Shown in pieces: positions 28,862-38,940 of a stretch of 47,643 bases of DNA. This DNA is from Pseudomonadota bacterium (GTDB lineage Bacteria; Bdellovibrionota_C; UBA2361; OMII01), in contig JAYPVM010000009.1 in assembly GCA_038134595.1 (NCBI GenBank), positions 58,212-105,854 on the forward strand. The letters run 5' to 3'. The notes beneath the pieces were generated by a model that worked only from the letters and a program-made list of their open reading frames with translations, was not told the DNA's origin and ran no database searches. Made by a program: the position numbers and the translations under genes. Position 1 is the first letter of the stretch. Each line of letters opens with the position of its first letter.

Positions 28862-31363
28862 ATGTACTGTATCTCCGTAATGACCCGAAAGCCCAGAAAT
28901 AATAAAATCCGGCCGCAGCGCGCGCGTAAAACAACCTCCGAGACAAAAAGCTCAAAAATTAAGAGCTCCAGGCGAAACCGGTCCGGCACCAAAAGCGGCG
29001 GACAGCGAGTGACCAAACGGCAAGTCAAGAGGCCACAAAAGACATACTCGTCCATTCTTACTTTTCTCGTAAAACTATTCGCAGTCTTGGCTCTCGTGAC
29101 GATCATATCCGTGTTCTGGGAGTATAAACAGATAGACAAGCAGGTAACCTCGCGGCTCCACAGCGAGCGCACGACAAACGTTCCCGCCGTTTATTCTGCG
29201 CCCTTTAACCTTACAAGCTACGTGCGCCGACAGCAGAGCCTTTCGCTTGCTGAGCAGCACCGTACTATCCGTCTATCATTACGAAATCGCGGTTATAGAG
29301 AATCAACGGGCGCTCCTTCCCGACCCGGCGAGTTTCAACTAGAAGAAGGTTTGCTATCAATAATAACACGAGAGCATAAAGACAATTCGGGACAGGTAGT
29401 AGCTGCTACCTTAGCTTCGCTAGAGTTAACTCGCCCCAACACGGGGAATGACATACTCATTGAGCCGCAGGTGGTATCGCTCATAGGCTCCGAAAACATG
29501 CGGGCCTCATCTAGAACCCCCCTCGGTAGAATACCCCTATTTGCCCAACGAGCTGTCATCTCCATTGAAGACGAGCGCTTTTATAATCACATGGGCATCG
29601 ATTTTATAAGCATCGCTCGGGCGGCTTTTACCAATCTTATCTCGCTTAGCTTTGCCCAAGGAGGAAGTACTCTAACGCAACAGCTTGCAAAAAACTTGTT
29701 TCTATCTCCTAAAAAAACAATCAGGCGAAAGCTAAAGGAGATACCAACAGCATTGAGTATCGAGCGGCACCTGACCAAAGACCAAATTCTCGAATTATAC
29801 CTTAACGAAGTCTACTTGGGACAAGAAGGATCGGTTGCAATCCATGGAATTCCATCGGCGGCAAGAAGCTTTTTTGGCAAAAGCTTGGATGGACTAGAGA
29901 TACACGAGGCCGCACTCTTGGCGGGAATGATCAAAGCGCCGAGCTTCTACAACCCGAGACGCTCGCCAACACGCGCCCAAACACGTCGAAATATAGTCCT
30001 TCGAAAAATGGCCGATCAAGGATTTATTACACCGGGTCAGTTGCACCATGCCCTATCACAACCGGTAAGCACTATTGCACCGAGACATCGAAACCGACTG
30101 GCACCATTTTTCACCTCAGCAATCGAACGAGAGCTCAATTCCCTTATCGATCTCCAAAGCGCCTCTTCGACCGGATTAGCCGTGATGACCGGCTTAGATC
30201 TAGATTTACAGCGATGTGCATCGTTGGCAATATCCGAAGGGCTTTCTCGAATCGAAAAGAGCAAGCCGCAGATTAAAGGTCGATCCCGTCCATTACAGGC
30301 AGCTATTGTTGCAATCGAACCCTTCTCTGGCTTGATAAAGGCGTGGGTGGGTGGGCGAGACTTTAACAAGAGCCAATTCGATAGAGTTTCTCAAGCTTCT
30401 CGACAAATCGGCTCAACTATTAAGCCATTTGTCTATTTAACCGCTCTCGACGGCTCTCTTAATTCTTACAAAGTCGCAACCGCTTCGAGCATTATCGAGG
30501 ACGAGCCAATTACCTTTAATTTATCGAACCACTCAACCTGGTCACCTGAAAACTACGACCATAATTATCGCGGTGACGTCACCCTTCGCTATGCACTGGA
30601 GAAGTCATTGAATCTCCCCGCTCTTTATATTGCTCAACGCGTAGGGATCCCAGCCATTCGCAGGCTGGCATCCAGCGTGCGACTAGCAGAGACCATTGCT
30701 CCCTTACCATCACTCGCACTTGGGGCTCTGGACACCAACCTCTTGCGACTAACTAGCGCCTACGGAGCGCTTGCGAATGGAGGTATTCACGTTAATCCTA
30801 GGCTATACATCGTGGCGAGTGATAACCAAGGCGAGGCCCTGGTCATTCCTGAAATATCAGAGAGACGGGTCGCCAATGAGGGGCCAACATATGTGTTAAC
30901 AAACATCCTACAGGGTGTAATCGATCGTGGAACAGCTTCTGTTATCAGACAACGAGGCTATCGGGGCCATGCAGCGGGTAAGACAGGGACCTCAGATGAA
31001 AGTCGTGATGCCTGGTTTGTAGGCTACACTCCCAATTTGGCAGTCGGTGTGTGGGTCGGATTTGATGACAACACGCCCATGGGGCTCTCTGGTGGTGGCG
31101 CAGCTGCACCAATATGGGAGGGTTTTATGTCCTGTGGAGCGCCTTTTATTGACGACGACGATTTCATACCGCCTCGCTCAGTGCAATTTCACAATATTGA
31201 TAGGTCGACGGGAGGGAAAGCGACTCCCAACTGTCCCGAAGATCGGATCAATAACGAAGTGTTTGTTCAAGGCACTGCCCCCCGGGAGTGCTCAGTACAC
31301 CCAGATACCGACCACGACAGAGAACATCAAACTGAGAGCTTTTGGTCGAGGTTTTTACCGTAG
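28862..31363 (+). CDS. mrcB: Class A penicillin-binding protein, PBP1b-like (start may be 28880)
   Basis: Basic N-terminal tail, TM, UB2H-like L..RGYR....P.RPGEF, TG motifs EDERFY.H, GGSTLTQQLAKN, RK.KE; TP motifs STIK, SLN, KTGT. Confidence 0.85.
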   Translation: MYCISVMTRKPRNNKIRPQRARKTTSETKSSKIKSSRRNRSGTKSGGQRVTKRQVKRPQKTYSSILTFLVKLFAVLALVTIISVFWEYKQIDKQVTSRLHSERTTNVPAVYSAPFNLTSYVRRQQSLSLAEQHRTIRLSLRNRGYRESTGAPSRPGEFQLEEGLLSIITREHKDNSGQVVAATLASLELTRPNTGNDILIEPQVVSLIGSENMRASSRTPLGRIPLFAQRAVISIEDERFYNHMGIDFISIARAAFTNLISLSFAQGGSTLTQQLAKNLFLSPKKTIRRKLKEIPTALSIERHLTKDQILELYLNEVYLGQEGSVAIHGIPSAARSFFGKSLDGLEIHEAALLAGMIKAPSFYNPRRSPTRAQTRRNIVLRKMADQGFITPGQLHHALSQPVSTIAPRHRNRLAPFFTSAIERELNSLIDLQSASSTGLAVMTGLDLDLQRCASLAISEGLSRIEKSKPQIKGRSRPLQAAIVAIEPFSGLIKAWVGGRDFNKSQFDRVSQASRQIGSTIKPFVYLTALDGSLNSYKVATASSIIEDEPITFNLSNHSTWSPENYDHNYRGDVTLRYALEKSLNLPALYIAQRVGIPAIRRLASSVRLAETIAPLPSLALGALDTNLLRLTSAYGALANGGIHVNPRLYIVASDNQGEALVIPEISERRVANEGPTYVLTNILQGVIDRGTASVIRQRGYRGHAAGKTGTSDESRDAWFVGYTPNLAVGVWVGFDDNTPMGLSGGGAAAPIWEGFMSCGAPFIDDDDFIPPRSVQFHNIDRSTGGKATPNCPEDRINNEVFVQGTAPRECSVHPDTDHDREHQTESFWSRFLP

Positions 31364-31431
31364 ATCCCTACGACTTTAATTACCTCGCAAACACTCTTGC
31401 CGACTCTCGTAAGTCACTGTAACGTAGGTAT

Positions 31432-33054
31432 ATGTCGTCAGTTCTATCTATAGATTTCAGTTGCTCCCCATGCGAACTAACCGTTTCGCGGATAGACGAT
31501 ACGGAAGTACATATTGTCGATTCGACGACATGTCAATTACCGTTAGCAACTCAAGCTTCTGAGGTTGCCTCGCTCCTTTCCTCCGACGAACTCTTAGCAA
31601 CTCTGGCAGAGCTTCGCACTCGAAAGCGGGTCGCTAATGATACCCTTGAGGCCGCAACGCCCCTCGGGGTTACAGTTCAAGAAACGATAGAGGTATTGAG
31701 AGACTCGATAAAAACGTTAGAGCCAACATGGAGCTCATGTGTCGTAGTTGTTCCACCAGATGATTTTCTCTCTATAAACCTAGACCTCCCGTTTAACGAC
31801 TCCAAGAGGCTAGAGCCAATTGTAGACCTCGAAGTACAGGATGTTGTTCCATTTGAGCTTGATGAATTTTTCATCCAATATTCGGTACCCTCAAAGGAGG
31901 GTTTCAGTGCCGACGCGCCAGACGATGATATAGTCGGTGCAAAAGGAGGACTCGCTAAGGTTAGCAGTGAGGATTCCCATGATGTTCATGTTGGGATACT
32001 CCCTCGCAACACCGTCGGAGCTATCTTGGAAATCTGCAAGCAAGCTGGCGTTGAACCAAGTATCATCACAGTTCCATCAACTGCAATTGGAGCGGTGTAT
32101 CATATACATCCAAAGCTGTCTCGGACGAATTCTGCCATCTTATTTAACCGGGGGGATTATTATGCGCTGGCAATCTGCATTGAAGGCACATTGCGCGTAG
32201 AAAAATCACTCATGGCCTCTCGCAATATCGTCATGGCTGATGGAGAGAGCAAGGAATCTGCTTTGGAGCAGATATTTACAACTATTCGAATTATGATTGC
32301 CTCTGCCGAGAGAAAATACGCTACGAGAATAGAAAAAATATACCTCCTCGGCCGAGAAGTTAAAGCCATGCAAGTTAACAGCCCGTTTCATAGGCCGTTG
32401 GAGGGCTTGTCTTTTACCGAGCTACTAGGCTCGCACGCATCTAGCACAACAGTGGCGCCCTTAGCCGCTATCTATGCCCATGAAGAAGCAACGTCGAGCC
32501 CACTATCTAATTTTAGATCACGGCAATTTTCCTTTACGCCGAAACTCTCGGAATTTTTTAGAGCACTACTCGGGGTCAAAAAGGTCGCTTTTCGCGTGGC
32601 CATAGCTTTCGGACTCTCGCTCCTATTTATTTATGCAACACGACAGTATCACATTTCTAATATTGCCGATTCACTTACATCGCAGATCAGAACTGTCATT
32701 CCCAACTTCACCGCAGTCGACAAATCGGCAATCGCACAAGAACTCATGAAACGGCGCCAACTTCTCACAGATGAACTTGCATCGTTTGGTACGTACTCAA
32801 CAGCGCTGCCCTCAACATACCTGACCAAAATACTAGAGGCATTACCTTCCTCAGGAACCATCGAGCTAACAAGCCTCGTCATCAAGTCTACCGTCATCCG
32901 CATAGATGGAACAGCACCTGCGTTGTCCACGATCGAGGAATTTACGCAAAAACTGGGGGCTCATACCGATCTTTTTCGTAAACTTGATTACAAGCCTCAA
33001 AAATCTTCACGGGGCGGTTTTTCATTTTCGATAGACATTCAACTTCCCGAATAG
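31432..33054 (+). CDS. GspL-like protein (PilM-like actin-fold cytoplasmic domain, TM, PilN-like periplasmic domain)
   Basis: VLSIDF start, L.LPF.D.K.L...V..EV...VPFELDE, L......G.EP..I, single TM, C-terminal I.I.G.A.....IE.F...L. Confidence 0.7.
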   Translation: MSSVLSIDFSCSPCELTVSRIDDTEVHIVDSTTCQLPLATQASEVASLLSSDELLATLAELRTRKRVANDTLEAATPLGVTVQETIEVLRDSIKTLEPTWSSCVVVVPPDDFLSINLDLPFNDSKRLEPIVDLEVQDVVPFELDEFFIQYSVPSKEGFSADAPDDDIVGAKGGLAKVSSEDSHDVHVGILPRNTVGAILEICKQAGVEPSIITVPSTAIGAVYHIHPKLSRTNSAILFNRGDYYALAICIEGTLRVEKSLMASRNIVMADGESKESALEQIFTTIRIMIASAERKYATRIEKIYLLGREVKAMQVNSPFHRPLEGLSFTELLGSHASSTTVAPLAAIYAHEEATSSPLSNFRSRQFSFTPKLSEFFRALLGVKKVAFRVAIAFGLSLLFIYATRQYHISNIADSLTSQIRTVIPNFTAVDKSAIAQELMKRRQLLTDELASFGTYSTALPSTYLTKILEALPSSGTIELTSLVIKSTVIRIDGTAPALSTIEEFTQKLGAHTDLFRKLDYKPQKSSRGGFSFSIDIQLPE

Positions 33055-33068
33055 AGGCAAATGCACCC

Positions 33069-33632
33069 ATGCTTAAAGACCAAGTTTTAGATTTCTGGGC
33101 GAAAAGAACACCTCGAGAGCGAATAATACTCTCGATCACGATTGCAATGGTAAGCGTAGGGTTTATTTTACCCATGTTCATAAATCCCGTAGTCCAGATT
33201 TTCGCCGAGCAAAGTGCTACCCTCTCAAAGCTAAAGAAAACATACGAGGCAACACCGAAGATACTTAAAGCTTACGCCCAACTATCCGGAAAACGACGGG
33301 AGCTTGAAGCGTATTATAAGAATGCTGATTTATCGACCGATCCCCTTACACACTTAGAGAAGCTATTACGGGACACAGCCCGTGCAGACTCTTCTTATAA
33401 CGTAACCCCTCGCGAGGGCGGCCAAAAACCGGAAGGTAAATACATTCACAAGATATTCAAAGTGAATTTTAAAACTGATAGCTATCCTAATCTCGTAGCA
33501 TTTTTGGACGCAGTTACAAACGGTTCTCGTCCCATGCTCATTGCGTACTTAAAACTCAATCGGTCCCGATTCGGTAAAGGCTCTCTTGAAGTAGAAGTGC
33601 ATGTTAGTGGGTTCCAATTAGTTTCCAGTTAG
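33069..33632 (+). CDS. GspM/PilO-like protein
   Basis: W..RTPRER..L before a TM segment, coiled coil, ferredoxin-like C-terminus (Y.NL..FL..V...L.I..LKL.R). Confidence 0.7.
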   Translation: MLKDQVLDFWAKRTPRERIILSITIAMVSVGFILPMFINPVVQIFAEQSATLSKLKKTYEATPKILKAYAQLSGKRRELEAYYKNADLSTDPLTHLEKLLRDTARADSSYNVTPREGGQKPEGKYIHKIFKVNFKTDSYPNLVAFLDAVTNGSRPMLIAYLKLNRSRFGKGSLEVEVHVSGFQLVSS

Positions 33633-33641
33633 GTAATTTGA

Positions 33642-34565
33642 ATGGCGAAGCCGAGAAAGATTCTGGTATATACCGTCCTCCTTGTCCCCCTGGCGGTTCT
33701 GCTGTTAGTTCCAACGTTATTAGAGTATGCGGCTCGTACTGGCTTAACCAGACTTCGTAGCAGCGGGCTCTCCATTTCTGCAGATAACGTGCGCGGATTT
33801 TTCCCGGGGATAGCCGCAGATTCGGTTTCAGTAAACGTTCCAATTGCAACCGGCAGGAGATTTCCAGCAGCTATTCCTCTGCTTGTTCCGCTTGAGAACG
33901 TAAGATCCTCTCTAAAAGCATCCCTCTCTCGCTCGCTTATACCTCCAATCGAAACCACAGCAAGGCTATGGAACGGAGATATTAAAATAGTCGCCTATTC
34001 GACGACAGCCCAAACGACCTTAAACGGGTATATAAACAACCTGGACCTCTCCACCCCCCCACTGTTTCGCAGCTTCGGTCTTTTACGTGGCATCCTGAAC
34101 GCCTCACTTTCTAACATTAAAGCATCGCCCGCTCTGCCTTCCTCTGGCGACGTCACTCTGGACCTTTCAGACATCTCCCTTTCCACTAGTACATTCATCC
34201 CGCCAATTCTTGGACTACAACTGCTAGAGATATATGAGCTTAAAACCTCGGGCAGTTTCGAAGAACATCGGGTTATCAATATTTCTTCACTCTCTGCCCG
34301 CTCAAATCTCCTGTCGATCAGTGGCAAGGGTAGGGCTCGAGTGAATTCAAGTCTGCAGATAGATGAATTTGCCGGAAAATTTTTAATTACCATGGATGGA
34401 AGCGATAGCGATAAGATTAGAGGCTGGCTTCCTTTAGTGACAAACGGTCGGGTATCTGCTGACCGAAATTCTTTTGCATGTACTCTCAGGCCAACATCGT
34501 GCAGAGATAAGGATCCTGGTCTACAGATTACCCCATCCCGTTGCATTAAATATAGCTGTCGCTAG
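33642..34565 (+). CDS. GspN-like protein
   Basis: N-terminal TM ending in P, beta-rich body (LWNGDI, L..SGKG); follows gspL/gspM-like genes. Confidence 0.5.
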   Translation: MAKPRKILVYTVLLVPLAVLLLVPTLLEYAARTGLTRLRSSGLSISADNVRGFFPGIAADSVSVNVPIATGRRFPAAIPLLVPLENVRSSLKASLSRSLIPPIETTARLWNGDIKIVAYSTTAQTTLNGYINNLDLSTPPLFRSFGLLRGILNASLSNIKASPALPSSGDVTLDLSDISLSTSTFIPPILGLQLLEIYELKTSGSFEEHRVINISSLSARSNLLSISGKGRARVNSSLQIDEFAGKFLITMDGSDSDKIRGWLPLVTNGRVSADRNSFACTLRPTSCRDKDPGLQITPSRCIKYSCR

Positions 34566-34719
34566 TCTCGGTCTGCATATCAACCGGGCGTTTTATCTTA
34601 CTAACAGCCCGAAAACGTCCAACTAGCCATAATGCTCAGTTTGTCTAACCCGCTATAATTACCGCTGCGCCAATAAACCAATTGCACGCGACACATCTTC
34701 CAAGGTATTCTGATTGGTA

Positions 34720-35379
34720 ATGATTTATGTTATCACACTTTTATTCATTCTGACTTCCCTCATTGTAGGCGCTGGCGCCGTACATGCTGGGAAGAAAAGC
34801 GGCTCTCATGCGACCGATGAATCAATAGCAGCCCTTCGACAAGAGGCTTACGAGCTTGAGGATACACTAGTTAAAACGCTGGCAGATGCGAAAAAGTACA
34901 CCTCGGCTAAGCAGTTCGCCTCTCTTTCAGAGTCTATCGATAGGCTTTCTACCAACACTGTAAAGATAAAGGAACAACATCTCGTTATTCAAAAGAAGAT
35001 AACAGAGGCGCACAGTGCAGTTGTATCAAGAGAGGAAGAACACCAGTCGCTTCGCTCCGTTACTCAGGACGATCGCGAGCTAGTAACAACAGCTCTCTCC
35101 CGATTTAATGAAGCCTCCTCTGAATGCATGTCTCTTGAACATCGTCTTGCCGACTCTCTGCAGACCCTGGATGCGATGTACAGCGAAATTTCTATGACCG
35201 AGCCTCAAAAAGCGATGTTTGAAGAGCTTTCAAATGCATTAACATCAGCAAGTGGCCAGCTTCGCAATGTAATCGTTGACTACGAAAATGCCCATGAGCG
35301 CCTCTCGACACTGCAGTCTAGGTTTGTCGAACTTGAAAACGAATATTCAGGCCTGGTAGAAAAGCAGTTGCTGGGCTAG
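34720..35379 (+). CDS. Hypothetical membrane-anchored coiled-coil protein
   Basis: N-terminal hydrophobic segment followed by about 190 aa of heptad-like helical sequence; ATG at 34720. Confidence 0.7.
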   Translation: MIYVITLLFILTSLIVGAGAVHAGKKSGSHATDESIAALRQEAYELEDTLVKTLADAKKYTSAKQFASLSESIDRLSTNTVKIKEQHLVIQKKITEAHSAVVSREEEHQSLRSVTQDDRELVTTALSRFNEASSECMSLEHRLADSLQTLDAMYSEISMTEPQKAMFEELSNALTSASGQLRNVIVDYENAHERLSTLQSRFVELENEYSGLVEKQLLG

Positions 35380-35442
35380 AGCCTGACCAAAACGAGTCGC
35401 GCGACGTATTTGGGCCTAGCTGGTGATTACACCAGTAACAAA

Positions 35443-36225
35443 TTATAGCATATCCTCTAAAACCTTTCCCAGCTGCTCAAGGCCAGCGCTCTTAACTGAG
35501 TCGTCCACGAGTGTATAAATCTCTCGACATAAGGCAGAATCCCGACACTGCCAACGGAGACCAACTTTAGAAAAAGACATATAATAACCGGCCGTTCTAT
35601 CTCGAACAACAGATGACACATCGACTATCAGACCTGCAACCTCACCGCGGTAGCCACTAAATCCAGGCTCAGTTGATTCTGCCTCCTGCCAGTCTTCGGG
35701 CGATGTTTCTTTAATCTGCTCAGTAAGGTTAGCAAGTAATCGGGAAACCGCATCATTGAAATCTCTCCTTTGTTCCTCTCGAAAACTCGCTACCAGATGT
35801 GCTATCTCTTTATAAAGTTCGCGGGCGATTTTTCCCTCAGCGAGCAACTGACAATTCTTATTAGCAGAGGGGGATGACCGGTAGTTCGGATCAACAAGCA
35901 TTTTTGGTGCCCATCCACGTCCACGGAGTTCAACTAAGTATCGAGGTTCGGATGAAGCGACAAAAACATACCCGCCGCCAAAAAAATTACTTGTTATTGC
36001 AGTTGACCTTCGCAGCACCAAAACTCCCGCCTTGGTGTCAGTACAGAACAGCTCCTCCCAACACTCCTGAGGTCGCTGGTGCTTCTTTTCTGAGTCAAGT
36101 GGCTCCCCTCCCTGCTCCCAACGCTCCGCAGGTGTGGCCGCCAAAATCTGCTTAATCTTCTCTATTGCAGAGGGATTTTTACTTGTGCCTTCAGAATCAG
36201 TCATACAACCTCTCTCTCCCTCCAT
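35443..36225 (-). CDS. Hypothetical protein with apparent internal duplication (start may be ATG at 36204)
   Basis: Long ORF filling the gap downstream of ftsK; GAGAGAGG upstream of MTDS. Confidence 0.7.
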   Translation of the reverse strand: MEGERGCMTDSEGTSKNPSAIEKIKQILAATPAERWEQGGEPLDSEKKHQRPQECWEELFCTDTKAGVLVLRRSTAITSNFFGGGYVFVASSEPRYLVELRGRGWAPKMLVDPNYRSSPSANKNCQLLAEGKIARELYKEIAHLVASFREEQRRDFNDAVSRLLANLTEQIKETSPEDWQEAESTEPGFSGYRGEVAGLIVDVSSVVRDRTAGYYMSFSKVGLRWQCRDSALCREIYTLVDDSVKSAGLEQLGKVLEDML

Positions 36226-36306
36226 TGTATCGGATCAAACCACCGGACATCAAGAACTCCCAAAAACCGAATAAAATCAACCCGCCAAAGGGCTACAGAC
36301 ACGACA

Positions 36307-38940
36307 TTACACCTCGCTTGCGCGAGCTGCCGGTGCGAGAACCTCACGAGGCCGAACGCCATCCATCTTTCCAACCACTCCTTCTCTTTCCATCATCTCA
36401 ATAATTCGTGCTGCCCTATTGTAACCTATCCTAAAAGTACGTTGTATCATGGAGGTTGAGGCCTGTCCCTTTTCCACAACCAGCTCGACAGCTCGGTCGT
36501 AATAGGGATCAAACTCATCCTCGGCAGCTTCCCCGCGAGAGCTTCCACCGGAATCTTCACTGCCTTCTTTGAGTGCCTTTTCACAAGCTTCCAATATGGC
36601 TTCGTCATATTGAGGAGCGCAGTCCGATTTGAGCGAGGCGACAACCCTTTGAACCTCATTGTCTGACACATACGCCCCATGCACTCGCTTGAGTGGAACA
36701 GCCCCTGGAAGCATGAACAACATATCCCCCTTACCCAACAATTTTTCAGCTCCCATTGAGTCAAGAATGGTCCGTGAATCTATCCGGCTCGAAACCCGAA
36801 ATGAAAGCCGGGCCGGAAAATTCGCTTTTATCAGTCCAGTAATCACATCAACCGAGGGGCGTTGGGTCGCCACAATGAGATGAATTCCTGCAGCTCGCGC
36901 TTTCTGAGCAAGCCGAGTTATGAGCTCCTCAATCTCCCGCCCCACACTGAGCATTAAATCTGCAAGCTCATCGATAACTATGACCAATTTGGGCATTGGT
37001 TGAAGCACCTCAGGAGCAACCTTATCCTCTTCACTCTCCTCTCCCTCAGTTGAAGCTTCTTCAGGTACAGCCTGAGCATCGATATCCCTAAACATTTGAA
37101 TTTGATTAGCCGGGTCGGGAGCCTTCATAAAACCATCACCATCCTCATCAGAACCGGAAACTATTCGGTTATAGCCATCTATATTTCTAACTCCAAACTT
37201 TTGCATGTACCGATAGCGACGGTCCATTTCCTTCACGGCCCAGAGAAGAACTCCTTTTGCCTGCCGAGGATCGGTAACAACAGGAACTCGTAAATGAGGC
37301 ACACCATCGTATATACTGAGCTCCAACACCTTTGGATCTATCAGTATCAGGCCGAGCTCTGATGGATGCGCTCTGTAAAGCAAGCTCAATAACAGGGCAT
37401 TTATGCAAACCGATTTTCCTGTCCCAGTGGCACCTGCCATTAGTAAATGCGGCATTGTAGCAACATCAACGACAACCGCATCCCCATACGTATCCTTTCC
37501 AAGTGGCACACTGAGGATAGAATCAGCAGATGCAAACGACTGACTCTCCAAACAATCTCTCAACCGCACCATTGCTCGAGACTTATTGGGAACTTCTATT
37601 CCAACCGTTCCCCGTTTCGGCAACGGAGCAATAATTCGTATGCTACTAGCACGCAAACTCATCGCAAGATCATCTTGGAGTGCTGCGATACGCCCCACTT
37701 TAACGCCGGGAGCTGGCTCGAATTCAAATAATGTAATAACAGGTCCAGGATGTACCTGGGTAACCCTTCCTGCAATATTAAAATCCTTTAACTTAGTTTC
37801 AATCTGCTCGGCTTTCTGACGAAGCTCGTTATCGTCATCTCCCACCTCTTGTTCTGTCTCAGGGGTCAGAAGATCAAGCTCCGGAGCTCGGTAAGACTCA
37901 AATTGCGGCAATGAACACGGACCGGCTTCAACATCATTGCGAGCTCGTAAGACCGAGGCGCCCTTGGCAATTCGCGGTTTTGGTTTGACGATAATAGGCT
38001 CAAAACGATCAGGTTCGGAGTCATCGTCATATTCACCATCATCATCATCCTCAAAATCTTCCTCGTCCTCTTCTTCATCAACATGAGAATCATCGTCACT
38101 TATCGTAAACTCTCGTGACTGCGACAAATCTTCGGATATTTGCTCTTCGTCGATTGAAAATTCCCTATCGTCACTACCTACACGTTCCTGCTGTGTGTCT
38201 TTGAGAACGAACAATCGCCCAAGATTAACAATCCCCCGATGGCACATAGACCCAAAAAGTCCCAATGAAATCAGCGACACCCGCGCAGCTGCAACGGGAA
38301 TGCGTACGAAGCAAACGTGCATAAACCATCGGCCGAGGCTCTGCAGGGCCCGGGAAAGATCCCCGATGGAGGTTTGGGAAACAAGGGCCATACTAACCAG
38401 GCAACCAAATACGAGGGCCACGACCGCGCCTCCACGTCCCAGGCCTCGACGAAGTAAGTCAGTCACAAGACATCCTAAGTCCCCAGCATAAGAAGAACTG
38501 AGCGCCATTGCGCTAAGTGAAGCAACGCTAACGATAAAAGATACGCCGGCTAAAAAAACAACCGTCTTTGGATATAATCCCTCGTCGCCTCTTTCCGTAC
38601 CAATTCGATAAAATGCAAACCAAACTATCCCAATCATGGGGAGAAACGCAGAGACTCCGAGAACACCGAAAAGTACAGTCGCAATCACGTGACCGGTAAA
38701 GCCCATCAAGTTGCCGCGCGCCGCAGGTACCTCCCCAAAAAGCAACTGCTGTACGTGAGAACCGATACCTAATAAGATAAATATTCCGACCCCTATCACT
38801 AGAACCGAAAAGGCATCTCGCACCCAGGCTCTCGCTCGAAGGACCTCTTTAGCCCCCTCCGTCGCCCGCTTTCCAGCTCTGCTCGCCCCCTGCTTCTTAG
38901 AAGTCCTGTTGGCAACCCGTCTTTTCTTTGCCTTAGCCAT
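36307..38940 (-). CDS. ftsK: DNA translocase FtsK
   Basis: 4-TM N-domain (GNLMG..G), acidic linker, GPVIT.FE, HLLMAGATGTGKS, IDELADLM, RLAQKARAAGIH, gamma domain IGYNRAARIIE; start set to MAKAKKRR (38940; 38964 also possible) rather than 39405. Confidence 0.95.
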   Translation of the reverse strand: MAKAKKRRVANRTSKKQGASRAGKRATEGAKEVLRARAWVRDAFSVLVIGVGIFILLGIGSHVQQLLFGEVPAARGNLMGFTGHVIATVLFGVLGVSAFLPMIGIVWFAFYRIGTERGDEGLYPKTVVFLAGVSFIVSVASLSAMALSSSYAGDLGCLVTDLLRRGLGRGGAVVALVFGCLVSMALVSQTSIGDLSRALQSLGRWFMHVCFVRIPVAAARVSLISLGLFGSMCHRGIVNLGRLFVLKDTQQERVGSDDREFSIDEEQISEDLSQSREFTISDDDSHVDEEEDEEDFEDDDDGEYDDDSEPDRFEPIIVKPKPRIAKGASVLRARNDVEAGPCSLPQFESYRAPELDLLTPETEQEVGDDDNELRQKAEQIETKLKDFNIAGRVTQVHPGPVITLFEFEPAPGVKVGRIAALQDDLAMSLRASSIRIIAPLPKRGTVGIEVPNKSRAMVRLRDCLESQSFASADSILSVPLGKDTYGDAVVVDVATMPHLLMAGATGTGKSVCINALLLSLLYRAHPSELGLILIDPKVLELSIYDGVPHLRVPVVTDPRQAKGVLLWAVKEMDRRYRYMQKFGVRNIDGYNRIVSGSDEDGDGFMKAPDPANQIQMFRDIDAQAVPEEASTEGEESEEDKVAPEVLQPMPKLVIVIDELADLMLSVGREIEELITRLAQKARAAGIHLIVATQRPSVDVITGLIKANFPARLSFRVSSRIDSRTILDSMGAEKLLGKGDMLFMLPGAVPLKRVHGAYVSDNEVQRVVASLKSDCAPQYDEAILEACEKALKEGSEDSGGSSRGEAAEDEFDPYYDRAVELVVEKGQASTSMIQRTFRIGYNRAARIIEMMEREGVVGKMDGVRPREVLAPAARASEV

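Noticed and set aside
38020..38170. TCA/TCG/TCT-rich repetitive tract as a tandem repeat or CRISPR
   Set aside because: It simply encodes the acidic linker of FtsK; there is no repeat-spacer structure.
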